DNA from: a virus
Taxonomy: Duplodnaviria; Heunggongvirae; Uroviricota; Caudoviricetes
DNA length: 33,778 bases
Virus record (IMG/VR): IMGVR_UViG_2531839450_000016
Span: 1 to 33,778 of that record
Strand: one strand, 5' to 3'
Of the stretch, positions 9,341-17,433 are shown in pieces. The first letter of the stretch is position 1. The number at the start of each line of letters is the position of its first letter. A program made the position numbers and the translations under genes. The notes under the pieces were generated by a model that was not told the origin of the DNA, did no database searches, and was given only the letters and a program-made list of their open reading frames with translations.

Positions 9341-10738
9341 TTACACCCCTATAGCGATATAACGACCTAATACAGCGTTTGCAGCAGTCGCTATGCTTGA
9401 AAAACCGCGGAACTGATTTGATGTAATTGCAGAAGCCGACAGGATTCCTGCGCCTGAAGGTGTATGCCCCACATGACTAACTATCATTCCATAACATGCT
9501 GACGGAAAGGCAAAAGGAAAATCATTAAGATATCCGGCATCTTCACCACCAGACCCACCAAATCTCGCCTGCCCCCACTGAATAATCAGTGTTCTCCGGG
9601 AACCTGAAATAATTAACGGAATCGTTACATACCCATTCAGACCAATGACACCCGATGCAGTGCCAGCCAGAGATAATTCTCCCAAACCAAGGTATGCGAG
9701 AAGACCAGCTACATCCTTTCCACTCAAATTAGTCAGCGTATTGTCCAGCGGTTGTTTACCTGCTAGCGCATTAAGCATTGTCGTGGCAAAGTTCGGGTCA
9801 TTCCCCAGCGCCGCCGCCAGTTCGTTCAATGTATCCAGTGCCGCAGGTGCAGAACCCACCATTCCTGCAATCGCCGATTTCACAAAAGCCGTAGTGGCAA
9901 TCTGTGTATTGTTGACCGACTGTGCCGCAGTAGGTGCTGTTGGCGTTCCGGTAAGTGCCGGACTCGACAGCGGCGCTTTCAGTGCCAGCGCATTATTAAT
10001 AGTGGTACTGAATTTCGGGTCATTGTTAATGGCTGCGGCAATTTCTTTCAGCGTGTCCAGCGTGGCTGGCGCACCATTAATCAGGGTCGTCAGTGCCGCC
10101 TGAACAAACGCGGTCGTAGCAAGTTGCGTGGTATTATTCCCCACCGCTGGCGTTGGCGCTTTGGGGGTTCCGGTAAATGTCGGGCTGGCTTTTGGCGCGT
10201 ACTGTGAATGTGGGTCCTGTGCAGCAAGATGTTTTGCCATCAGGTCAACCACGTACACCTTCAGCTCCAGTACCTTGTCATCCACATACTTGCGGGTTGC
10301 CAGCACTACGGCAGGGTCGATTTTCAGGGTGATATTGTCCGTGCTGCTGGTAATCAGCACCATGCGCACGGTCTGGGTACGCCCGCTGCCTTCAGCCAGT
10401 TGCGGCTTATAGCTTTCCGGGCAGTTGCCCACGGCAATCAATGCCCCGGACTCATCAAACAGACCCACTTCACGTATCCACCAACCGCCCTCGTTTTCAG
10501 GGATCACCTGTTCAGCAATAATCTGGCTGCTGTTCTGCGGGTCGATATAGAGCATATTCAGCGCAGCCCGGCGTTTCTCATTTACTAATGCTGTCTGCTT
10601 TGCGTCCGGCGTTGGCAATGTTCCGCCGCCATCGCCGACCGCCATATGGGTAATTTTTAAAGGCACACCGAGCGCGGCGGCGCTGGCAAGTTTCGCCGCG
10701 CCAATATCCGTTAGCAGGGTATAAAATTTTGTGCTCAT
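9341..10738 (-). CDS. H: Tail fibre protein gpH (constant part 9703-10738, variable C-terminus 9341-9676 inside the invertible segment)
   Basis: 465-aa ORF between I and the assembly chaperone with repeated Ala/Thr-rich fibre motifs (e.g. TQLATTAFV and TQIATTAFV); crossover site embedded in the coding sequence. Confidence 0.85.
   Translation of the reverse strand: MSTKFYTLLTDIGAAKLASAAALGVPLKITHMAVGDGGGTLPTPDAKQTALVNEKRRAALNMLYIDPQNSSQIIAEQVIPENEGGWWIREVGLFDESGALIAVGNCPESYKPQLAEGSGRTQTVRMVLITSSTDNITLKIDPAVVLATRKYVDDKVLELKVYVVDLMAKHLAAQDPHSQYAPKASPTFTGTPKAPTPAVGNNTTQLATTAFVQAALTTLINGAPATLDTLKEIAAAINNDPKFSTTINNALALKAPLSSPALTGTPTAPTAAQSVNNTQIATTAFVKSAIAGMVGSAPAALDTLNELAAALGNDPNFATTMLNALAGKQPLDNTLTNLSGKDVAGLLAYLGLGELSLAGTASGVIGLNGYVTIPLIISGSRRTLIIQWGQARFGGSGGEDAGYLNDFPFAFPSACYGMIVSHVGHTPSGAGILSASAITSNQFRGFSSIATAANAVLGRYIAIGV
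9677..9702. repeat. Invertase crossover site 2 (cix/gix-like 26-mer) inside H
   Basis: TTCTCCCAAACCAAGGTATGCGAGAA, an inverted partner of 8147-8172. Confidence 0.7.
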
Positions 10739-11340
10739 GGATTCACTCTCATTGTGTCAATAACATGGACCGCCCCGCCTTCATGCGCGGTGCCACCGGA
10801 AATAATTGTTTCGTTGATATACGGATAGATCGTGATTTCTTCGCCAAGATAGCTGGCGGCTCCCACCCAATGCGGGCCGCTGGTCTGCAGATTGATGGAC
10901 ATGCCGATCATGTGACGGCTACATGGTTTGGCATCGCTTATCAGTCGCTCAAGTTCCAGATAGGTATCTTCAGTGATGCCCTGATCCTGCACGCCGATAT
11001 CCAGGCGAAACGTGCCTGGTGTTTCTCCGGTCTGCCACCACTCAATAATGCGGATCAGAAAGCCGAACGGCTCCACCACCCGCCGCACGGCACTGGTGGT
11101 TCCTTTATGCTGATGAATATAAAAAGCATCCTTCACCACCTGGCGTTTGACACTTTCCGTCCAGTCCTCGTCCCAGCGATCCACAGAGAACGCCCAGGCG
11201 AGATAAGGCAGGAAACTGACCGGACAGGTCGTTGGATTCCACAAGTCACGCAGCGGCACCTGCAAATCAGAAATTCCGCTGCAGGTTTGCGCCAGTCGGC
11301 GCTCCAGTGAAGTTGAACCCGGTGGCAGCAGACTATTCAT
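10735..11340 (-). CDS. I: Baseplate assembly protein gpI
   Basis: 201-aa ORF with the conserved ...LWNPTTCP...LPYLAWAFSVDRWDE... block that I recall from P2 gpI; synteny. Confidence 0.85.
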   Translation of the reverse strand: MNSLLPPGSTSLERRLAQTCSGISDLQVPLRDLWNPTTCPVSFLPYLAWAFSVDRWDEDWTESVKRQVVKDAFYIHQHKGTTSAVRRVVEPFGFLIRIIEWWQTGETPGTFRLDIGVQDQGITEDTYLELERLISDAKPCSRHMIGMSINLQTSGPHWVGAASYLGEEITIYPYINETIISGGTAHEGGAVHVIDTMRVNP

Positions 11341-12241
11341 CCGTTCCTCCGTTGGTTACGCTCCACTGCGTACATGATGCCGCCTGTGTTTTGTTCAGGA
11401 CCACATCCGCCAGCGGCGAAGCCAGCTCCACACGCTGCACACCCTCAACATGCAGGGCGGCAAAGATGGCGCTACGGCGAATATCCCGGCCAAGACGCGT
11501 CTGACTGGCGATGTACTTCTGCAGACTGGCTTTTGCCGCTGCCATTACCGGCTCTGCTTCCGGTCCCGGATAGAGAAAAATGGTGGCTTCCACGCGGTAC
11601 GGGATGATTTCTGCGCTGCGAACCGTCAGACGGTCAGCCACCGGGCGGACGTTCTCACTGTTCAGAGCTTTTTCCACCACGTCCAGCAGGTCTTTTTCTG
11701 CTGTTCCGTCGCCTTCGCGGCTCAGGACAGTCAGCACCACCTCTGCAGGTGCCGGACTGGTTGCACTGGCATCCGCCACCCGACCGTCGGCGCTTCGGGC
11801 ATGAAATTCATAAGCGGCAGTTGGCCCCGCAACTGAAAGCCCTTCAAAGGCTGCAGGCACACGCAGGCGTAACGCTTCATCACTTTCCATCACAGCTGCA
11901 ACGGGCGGCACAGCGTCATTATCAGCAGGCGTCACCGTCAGGCGTTTCACGTTGTAGTTGGCAGCGAGCTGGTCAAGATCGCTGCCCATCGCGTAAGCCA
12001 CCATCACAGCCTGCGCGGCTTCGTTAATGCGCTGGCGCAGAAGCAACTCACGGTAAGCGTTCTCCTGCAGCAATTTGGTGACGGGTTCAGATTCCAGTTC
12101 CAGCGTGCGGATCACTGCTTCCTGCTCATCTTTCGGATGAAGCGCCACAAATTCGGCCTTGCGTTCGGCAAGCAGCGTCTCAAAGTCCGGCACATCCACA
12201 ATCTGCGGCGCAGGCAACTGCGAAAGGTCAATCACTGCCAT
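11333..12241 (-). CDS. J: Baseplate assembly protein gpJ
   Basis: Large ORF between W and I; likely start at the internal Met (MAVIDLSQLPAP), giving about 302 aa as in P2 J. Confidence 0.85.
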   Translation of the reverse strand: MAVIDLSQLPAPQIVDVPDFETLLAERKAEFVALHPKDEQEAVIRTLELESEPVTKLLQENAYRELLLRQRINEAAQAVMVAYAMGSDLDQLAANYNVKRLTVTPADNDAVPPVAAVMESDEALRLRVPAAFEGLSVAGPTAAYEFHARSADGRVADASATSPAPAEVVLTVLSREGDGTAEKDLLDVVEKALNSENVRPVADRLTVRSAEIIPYRVEATIFLYPGPEAEPVMAAAKASLQKYIASQTRLGRDIRRSAIFAALHVEGVQRVELASPLADVVLNKTQAASCTQWSVTNGGTDE

Positions 12242-12587
12242 TCTCTGCTCCTGTTGATACGGAAAGGGAAACAGGCACACCGTTATTACGCCGCCCGGCC
12301 AGGTCCACCACCATAGAACCGTCAAAGTTGCTGTTGATGGTGATGGAATCCAGCGTCAGCCGTGGCTCCCAGCGACTCAGCGCCACATACACTGCCGACA
12401 TGACCTGCAGGCGTAATGCCGGATTTTGTGGCTGGTCTATCAGTGCCGACAGCAGGGAACCATATTCCCGACGGGCAATGCGGCTACCCTGTGGCGTCAG
12501 CAGAATGTCCCGCACCGACTGGCGCAGATGGTCAATATCAGTAATGGCTTTGCCGCTGGTATTGTTCATCCCGCTATAAAGCGTCAT
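12228..12587 (-). CDS. W: Baseplate protein gpW (gp25-like)
   Basis: 119-aa ORF between V and J; P2 synteny and size. Confidence 0.8.
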   Translation of the reverse strand: MTLYSGMNNTSGKAITDIDHLRQSVRDILLTPQGSRIARREYGSLLSALIDQPQNPALRLQVMSAVYVALSRWEPRLTLDSITINSNFDGSMVVDLAGRRNNGVPVSLSVSTGAENGSD

Positions 12588-13162
12588 ACCGGTCCTCCGG
12601 TTGTGTCGCCGCCTTTCAGGACGCCAGTATGCTGATGCGCATCAACCACGATCCCCCTGGAACTCATTGCACCGCCGCCCTGGGTAACGCCACCATTGAT
12701 CACCACTTCGCTGTTAATACGCGTGCGGTCAGCCTCCAGCACAAACTCACTGGTTTTCATGGTGATGTTGTCAGCGGCCTCAATGACCATTGATTTGATG
12801 CCCCTGACATACCAGCGCCCGGTGGCGGGTTCGTATTCAAACCAGCCGCCGTCAGGATGTTCTGTCACGCAGGCGTCTGCCGACGTCGACGGTGGCGCGA
12901 ACTGATTCGAATAGACAGCGGGCAGCGCAAAGGCGGTTTCCAGATTTCCGCCCAGACTCAGCAGCACCACCTGCTCACCTTCCGATGGTCGCCACCATGT
13001 CCGGGCATTCCCGGCACGCAGCGTCAGCCAGCTGATCCAGTTGGTTTCAAGCTCGCCCGTTTTCACCCGGCAAAGCCAGTTCTCCCGATCCACTTCGGTG
13101 ACTACACCAGTGCGGATCAGGTTGGTGATAAGGCGCATGATTTCGGTTAGTTGTGCGTTCAT
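12584..13162 (-). CDS. V: Baseplate spike protein gpV
   Basis: 192-aa ORF, first gene downstream of the late-promoter dyad; P2 synteny. Confidence 0.85.
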   Translation of the reverse strand: MNAQLTEIMRLITNLIRTGVVTEVDRENWLCRVKTGELETNWISWLTLRAGNARTWWRPSEGEQVVLLSLGGNLETAFALPAVYSNQFAPPSTSADACVTEHPDGGWFEYEPATGRWYVRGIKSMVIEAADNITMKTSEFVLEADRTRINSEVVINGGVTQGGGAMSSRGIVVDAHQHTGVLKGGDTTGGPV

Positions 13163-13205
13163 CTACTAAGGATGATGAATTATCGACTTCTACGGTAGAT
13201 CAGGT

Positions 13206-13231
13206 ACATTGTGCTATAAATGGCACAATGT
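13206..13231. promoter_or_regulatory. Candidate Ogr-binding dyad of the late promoter for the V-W-J-I-H operon
   Basis: Perfect palindrome ACATTGTGC-N8-GCACAATGT containing TGT-N12-ACA, about 56 bp upstream of the V start codon. Confidence 0.5.
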
Positions 13232-13254
13232 ATCTTCCAAGGATAAAATTTAAG

Positions 13255-13914
13255 ATGATGGTTCTTGACGAACAAAAATATAACGAAATATTGAAAACAA
13301 TGGAAAAACGAGCTAGCCGCTCTAAAATTACTACGCTCTTATTTTTATATATTTTATTAACTGCTGTACTCTGCATTCCTGCAACTTATATTTTTTATAA
13401 AGCAGAAAGTAATAAGCGTGACAATGCACTTGCCTCACTTAGATTGAGCTCTCAGCAAATAGAATCTGCTTTCGAAAAGTTCACCATCATGCAACAGTTA
13501 ACTGATAAACTTGCACAAGCATCAGAAAACCTCAACGCTTCAAAAAATTCAAATCCGATAATCAAAAAAAATGAATCAGGTATTAATTCAACATACCTAA
13601 ATACTAAAAGCACCTTTGAAAAAGCCATTGAAACCGCGGCACCTTATTTACTAATCTTATCTGGGATATTATTCACTGGATATATACTTCGGTTATTTAT
13701 TGTGTTCATTAAATACAACATGCAAATGAGCAACGACTATGACAACCAGAGAATTGCATTCTTACTATCGCAAGGTGATACTGATGAGTTCGGCAAAATC
13801 ATTCAAACATTACGTGAACACAATGTAAGTTTCGAAAAAACCCCCAATCTACTTCAAGAAAAAATCATCATAGAATTAATGAGTCTTTTACGCTCATCCA
13901 AAAATAAGAGCTAA
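13255..13914 (+). CDS. AT-rich accessory (moron) gene encoding a two-transmembrane-helix protein of unknown function
   Basis: ORF on the strand opposite to the flanking late genes; AAGGA ribosome-binding site before the ATG at 13255; hydrophobic segments ITTLLFLYILLTAVLCIPATYIFY and PYLLILSGILFTGYILRLFIVFI; strongly A/T-biased codon use. Confidence 0.6.
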   Translation: MMVLDEQKYNEILKTMEKRASRSKITTLLFLYILLTAVLCIPATYIFYKAESNKRDNALASLRLSSQQIESAFEKFTIMQQLTDKLAQASENLNASKNSNPIIKKNESGINSTYLNTKSTFEKAIETAAPYLLILSGILFTGYILRLFIVFIKYNMQMSNDYDNQRIAFLLSQGDTDEFGKIIQTLREHNVSFEKTPNLLQEKIIIELMSLLRSSKNKS

Positions 13915-14387
13915 CTTATAAGCCATCGAACTAGGATATTCCTAGTTCGAGTTTCTACTTCATCATTCCCCCCTAACAAACGACGCTCTGCATAACGGAC
14001 CTCTGGTCCTTTGCGGCTGACGCGATCACGCAGGCCGTAATGGTGAACGCGGGCAATGCGCTGTACCTTGCCTTCAAACTGCACGCTGGCAGAGTCGGCG
14101 CTGGCGGCAGTTTTCAGGTATTTTGTGGTGCGAAGCTTTGCAAACATCTGGCGTTTGATGCGTCCCTTTTTACTGCGTATTGTAACCCGTCGCGGTTCAT
14201 AACTGCTGCCATCAGGATTGCGCTGCATCCTGATGTTCTGCTGCTGTGTCCGGCGCAGTTCCTGCGCCAGCTGACGCATCATGCGGCTTCTTGCGGCTGG
14301 TTCCAGATTCGCCAGTAAGGCACTAAGCCAGTCGTCCACCTTCTGTAGTTCAGCCACGTTTAACCGTCCACATTTCTTCAGGTTCAT
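13911..14387 (-). CDS. S: Tail completion protein gpS
   Basis: 158-aa ORF downstream of R; P2 synteny. Confidence 0.8.
   Translation of the reverse strand: MNLKKCGRLNVAELQKVDDWLSALLANLEPAARSRMMRQLAQELRRTQQQNIRMQRNPDGSSYEPRRVTIRSKKGRIKRQMFAKLRTTKYLKTAASADSASVQFEGKVQRIARVHHYGLRDRVSRKGPEVRYAERRLLGGNDEVETRTRNILVRWLIS
13927..13949. terminator. Perfect 9-bp hairpin downstream of the moron gene, inside the 3' end of S
   Basis: CGAACTAGG-atatt-CCTAGTTCG read directly; not followed by a clear T-run, so function is uncertain. Confidence 0.35.
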
Positions 14388-14781
14388 CGGGTTCCGCTAC
14401 AGCTTCAACACTCGACACACTGCCGTCAGTGCTGACCAGCACACGCTCCGTCAGTTGCAGGTTAAGGCTGATATCACAGACATCGTTGCGCAGAATATCC
14501 ACCTCAAAGGTGAATAGTTTTTCCCGTAACGCCGGATTATTGATGGCATCAGGCTGGTTATCCCGCAGCCACAGCAAAACCGGGGCCATCAGCAGATTCT
14601 GGTCGCCGCTGAAATCCTCAATCACCACGTTCAGGGTGTAACGGTACTCCCACGACATGGAGCTGGCCCCCGTGGCAACCAGCGAACCGTTATCCACAAA
14701 CAGATGCAGTTTGTCCGGGTTATTGCGGACATAAGGCACCGCTTTATTGAGGGCGTGGCGCAGGGATTGTGGTTTGTTCAC
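14350..14781 (-). CDS. R: Tail completion protein gpR
   Basis: 143-aa ORF between the lysis cassette and S; P2 synteny. Confidence 0.8.
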   Translation of the reverse strand: MNKPQSLRHALNKAVPYVRNNPDKLHLFVDNGSLVATGASSMSWEYRYTLNVVIEDFSGDQNLLMAPVLLWLRDNQPDAINNPALREKLFTFEVDILRNDVCDISLNLQLTERVLVSTDGSVSSVEAVAEPDEPEEMWTVKRG

Positions 14782-15034
14782 TGTTTCGCTCCTGACACGT
14801 AATAATCATGTCCACTTTGTCTGCACAGACCGCCCAGGCGGCCTCCGTTTCATCCAGCAACGCGTTCAGATCACCGTTAGTGCGCGGCGTTGCCTGATCC
14901 AGCCGACACGGCGTCACTCGCGGACAACCACTGACGGTAAGCTGCACCTCCGGTGAGTGTCGGACGTTCCCGCAGCCGGATAATGTCAGCAGGCAAAGGA
15001 GTATCAGCCCAGCGGCGTAAATCCTCGTTCTCAC
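14744..15034 (-). CDS. lysC: Outer-membrane spanin lipoprotein (LysC/Rz1-like), embedded in an alternative frame of lysB
   Basis: Signal peptide with lipobox LTLSGC; ORF starts inside the LysB ORF in another frame and runs past its end. Confidence 0.7.
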   Translation of the reverse strand: MRTRIYAAGLILLCLLTLSGCGNVRHSPEVQLTVSGCPRVTPCRLDQATPRTNGDLNALLDETEAAWAVCADKVDMIITCQERNSEQTTIPAPRPQ

Positions 15035-15305
15035 GTTTCAGTTCCTCGATCCGGTGTTGTCGTTGTCTCAGCAGCGCGCTGGTCTGTTCTGCTTCGGCAT
15101 AGAGCCGCGCCTGCTCCCGGTTATTGGTTTCAGCCAGAATGGACAGACTGATCAGCTGGCTATTTTTCTTCGTTAGTTCGTGCGCTTTACTTTTCAGCGC
15201 CGCGCGCTGCGTTTCGATGGTGTGGCTGGCGCTGTTAAGCCGCCACGACTGCCAGCCCAGCGCAACGAGTGCCAGCGCCGCCACTACCGCCAGCGCACGC
15301 GTCAT
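14877..15305 (-). CDS. lysB: Inner-membrane spanin (LysB/Rz-like)
   Basis: N-terminal TM segment (ALAVVAALALVALGW) followed by a coiled-coil, charged region; immediately downstream of the endolysin gene. Confidence 0.75.
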   Translation of the reverse strand: MTRALAVVAALALVALGWQSWRLNSASHTIETQRAALKSKAHELTKKNSQLISLSILAETNNREQARLYAEAEQTSALLRQRQHRIEELKRENEDLRRWADTPLPADIIRLRERPTLTGGAAYRQWLSASDAVSAGSGNAAH

Positions 15306-15817
15306 AGTCCAGCTCCTTTAAGGCACCAGGCCATCTCCCGCGCACGGCGGTTATCCAGCCCCTGATTAAACACACCTTTCACATAAACCCAGCGCGGCAA
15401 CTGTCGGCACGCTTCTGCCCAGCGCCGCTGATTGAGTAATTTCACCAGTGTGGAACTGCAGGCATTGCCCGTTCCCACGTTGAAGGCAAACGACACCGTA
15501 GCGTCATATACCTTCTGCGGCGGCTGTTGCTTCACACACCTTTCCAGCGCCCGCTCCACACGCAGCACGTTGGAAATCAGCCCTTCTGCTGCCTGTCGTT
15601 CCGTGATTGTTTTGCCGGGAATGACGCCAGATGTATTACCAATGCCGTCGGTCCAGACACCCGCGCTGCACTGATACGGCTGCAGACGACAGCCTTCGTA
15701 ATCGGCAATCAGTTTCAGTCCCTCCACGGAGGTGTGAAGCTGCTGAAAACCCGGCAGCGTGGCAGCAATAGCCAGCACGGCCCCGACAAGGCAGCGTTTA
15801 ACGATTGATGGATTCAT
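15302..15817 (-). CDS. Endolysin, T4-lysozyme-like with N-terminal signal-anchor-release (SAR) segment
   Basis: 171-aa ORF; hydrophobic N-terminus CLVGAVLAIAATLPGF, then EGLKLIADYEGCRLQPYQCSAGVWTDGIGNT, which fits the E-x8-D/C-x5-T catalytic motif. Confidence 0.85.
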   Translation of the reverse strand: MNPSIVKRCLVGAVLAIAATLPGFQQLHTSVEGLKLIADYEGCRLQPYQCSAGVWTDGIGNTSGVIPGKTITERQAAEGLISNVLRVERALERCVKQQPPQKVYDATVSFAFNVGTGNACSSTLVKLLNQRRWAEACRQLPRWVYVKGVFNQGLDNRRAREMAWCLKGAGL

Positions 15818-16013
15818 AGTCCTCCCGCGAGATCTGCCCGTCGCGCAGAAGCTGGTAGGCTTTGTGTTTGTAGTACCAGTTGATAGCCAGCATCAGCACA
15901 CCAATCATCAGGCCGCCCAGCGTTGAGGCATCCTTGATGGACAAATCGCCCAGCCAGGCCAGCACAACGGCGATGCAGTACGTGATAAAGGCGCTGATTC
16001 GCTCAAGCGTCAT
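15798..16013 (-). CDS. Small two-TM holin (pinholin-like)
   Basis: 71-aa ORF immediately upstream of and overlapping the endolysin start; two hydrophobic helices and a charged C-terminus. Confidence 0.6.
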   Translation of the reverse strand: MTLERISAFITYCIAVVLAWLGDLSIKDASTLGGLMIGVLMLAINWYYKHKAYQLLRDGQISREDYESINR

Positions 16014-16016
16014 AAT

Positions 16017-16220
16017 TCAGTCCCATAGCTGGACGGTCTGCACGGTGGTGGTGGGCGGAATGTCCGGCAGCTCCACCGGCAGCCCGTGAGGTAAAAAGGG
16101 GCCATATTCGGCAAGCCCCGGATTTGCCTTCAGTACCTGCTCCGTGACCCCCTGCGTGCGCCCGTAATGACGCCAGCAAAGCGCGTCCACCGTGTCATAC
16201 TGATGCGCACGCACTTTCAT
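16017..16220 (-). CDS. X: Tail protein gpX
   Basis: 67-aa ORF between L and the holin; P2 synteny and size. Confidence 0.75.
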   Translation of the reverse strand: MKVRAHQYDTVDALCWRHYGRTQGVTEQVLKANPGLAEYGPFLPHGLPVELPDIPPTTTVQTVQLWD

Positions 16221-16747
16221 CAGATAAGCTCCACTGTGCAGTGCGGCGCATCCTGCACCCGGCTGATGGCCCAGCGGGCGTCACGCCACAAATCACCGCT
16301 GGATTCCGCCAGTTCCTCGCCTCGCTTCACACCGGATGCCGTGGCGTCATAGTCCTGGTATCGTTCGTTGAGCATGGCGCGTGCCCAGCAGTAAACTGCG
16401 TTGAAATAGTGCTGAATGCGCTCACTTTTGCCGTCCAGCTGTTCCGCCGGAACCTCAGCCAGCGACGCATACCCCAGCATCTGCTGACGTCTGCGAAACT
16501 CATACAGCTCTGCGTTGACCTCCGAAATTGCCGACAGCGCAACCTGCTTTAAACGCGGCTGCGTCACCGTGCCGTCAGTGCGCATGACACTGCGAAACTC
16601 CGACAGGTCCACATCAGGCCAGAACGGCGTATTTCTGATGATTTCCGCCTGTTCCGGTGCCTGTTCTGGCGCAACAAACTTCATGCTGCTTTCTCCTGAA
16701 ATAGAGGGCGGTGGACGGGGTTTTGATGTGGCAGTGCCTTTCGCCAC
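16220..16747 (-). CDS. L: Head completion/stabilisation protein gpL
   Basis: 175-aa ORF downstream of M; synteny; exact start uncertain (possibly the internal Met at MKFVAPEQ). Confidence 0.8.
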   Translation of the reverse strand: MAKGTATSKPRPPPSISGESSMKFVAPEQAPEQAEIIRNTPFWPDVDLSEFRSVMRTDGTVTQPRLKQVALSAISEVNAELYEFRRRQQMLGYASLAEVPAEQLDGKSERIQHYFNAVYCWARAMLNERYQDYDATASGVKRGEELAESSGDLWRDARWAISRVQDAPHCTVELI

Positions 16748-16779
16748 CCCGTGCCGCCCGTGCGCGGGGGCACGTTCTG

Positions 16780-17430
16780 TCAGCGGCTGTCATTGCGCAG
16801 TCTGCGCTCCAGCTGCTGTTTGTCTTTTTTCACGCCACAGCGGGGATCGAGCTGTAACGCATGGTTGAGATGATTAAGGGCGGAAGCCGGGTTGCTTTCA
16901 CTCAGGACAGCGCCAATCGCTTTATGCAGACGCGCCCGTGACTGGTCCGGCATATCCATACCGTCTGTCAGCTCCAGGGTCTGCAGCAACAGATCGGCAT
17001 CAAAGCCGGTGGCGGCAAGCATTGCGCTCTGGGCTGCATCTGCCATTTCCTCTGCCAGCACGGTCTGCACGTTGCGGTTACCTAACGGCATCACCCAGCC
17101 ATGACGCAGGGCGTGACGCCCGATCTCCAGCGCCCCGGCATAATCTCCGGCATCAATGCGCCACAGCATCACGTACATCAGCACGTCATCCTGCTGTGCG
17201 CCTCCGGCAGTCAGGACACCCTCTGCCCAGGCGGCGTACTTCGGCAGCAGTTCCACCTTAATCTCCGCTTTTTTGACCGTGGACTGAACGCCCTTGAGAC
17301 GGCGGCGGTCTTCCGCCAGTTGCAGCAGCATCAGGTCATAGCCCGACGCGTGGCGAACGCTGCCGCCCTCACGGGCGGCCTGTTCAGCCTGAACGCGCAG
17401 GCGATGCTGCCGTGCGGGACTCAGGCTCAT
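16780..17430 (-). CDS. M: Terminase endonuclease (small) subunit gpM
   Basis: 216-aa ORF downstream of the capsid gene; P2 synteny. Confidence 0.85.
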   Translation of the reverse strand: MSLSPARQHRLRVQAEQAAREGGSVRHASGYDLMLLQLAEDRRRLKGVQSTVKKAEIKVELLPKYAAWAEGVLTAGGAQQDDVLMYVMLWRIDAGDYAGALEIGRHALRHGWVMPLGNRNVQTVLAEEMADAAQSAMLAATGFDADLLLQTLELTDGMDMPDQSRARLHKAIGAVLSESNPASALNHLNHALQLDPRCGVKKDKQQLERRLRNDSR

Positions 17431-17433
17431 GGG

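Larger units (their letters stand above)
8147..9702. mobile_element. Invertible tail-fibre host-range segment (G/C-segment-like)
   Basis: Bounded by inverted cix-like sites; contains two opposed sets of tail-fibre C-terminal cassette plus tail-fibre assembly gene; adjacent to the invertase gene. Confidence 0.7.

Noticed and set aside
9590-9615. First candidate for the second invertase crossover site (GTTCTCCGGGAACCTGAAATAA)
   Set aside because: Only one half resembles a Din-family half-site; the site at 9677-9702 matches the family pattern and shares a perfect 14-bp inverted core with the site at 8147-8172, and both junctions encode GLGE.
13206-13231. Palindrome ACATTGTGC-N8-GCACAATGT first considered as an operator for the membrane moron
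   Set aside because: It contains TGT-N12-ACA and lies about 56 bp upstream of V, so it is better explained as the Ogr-dependent late promoter element of the V operon.
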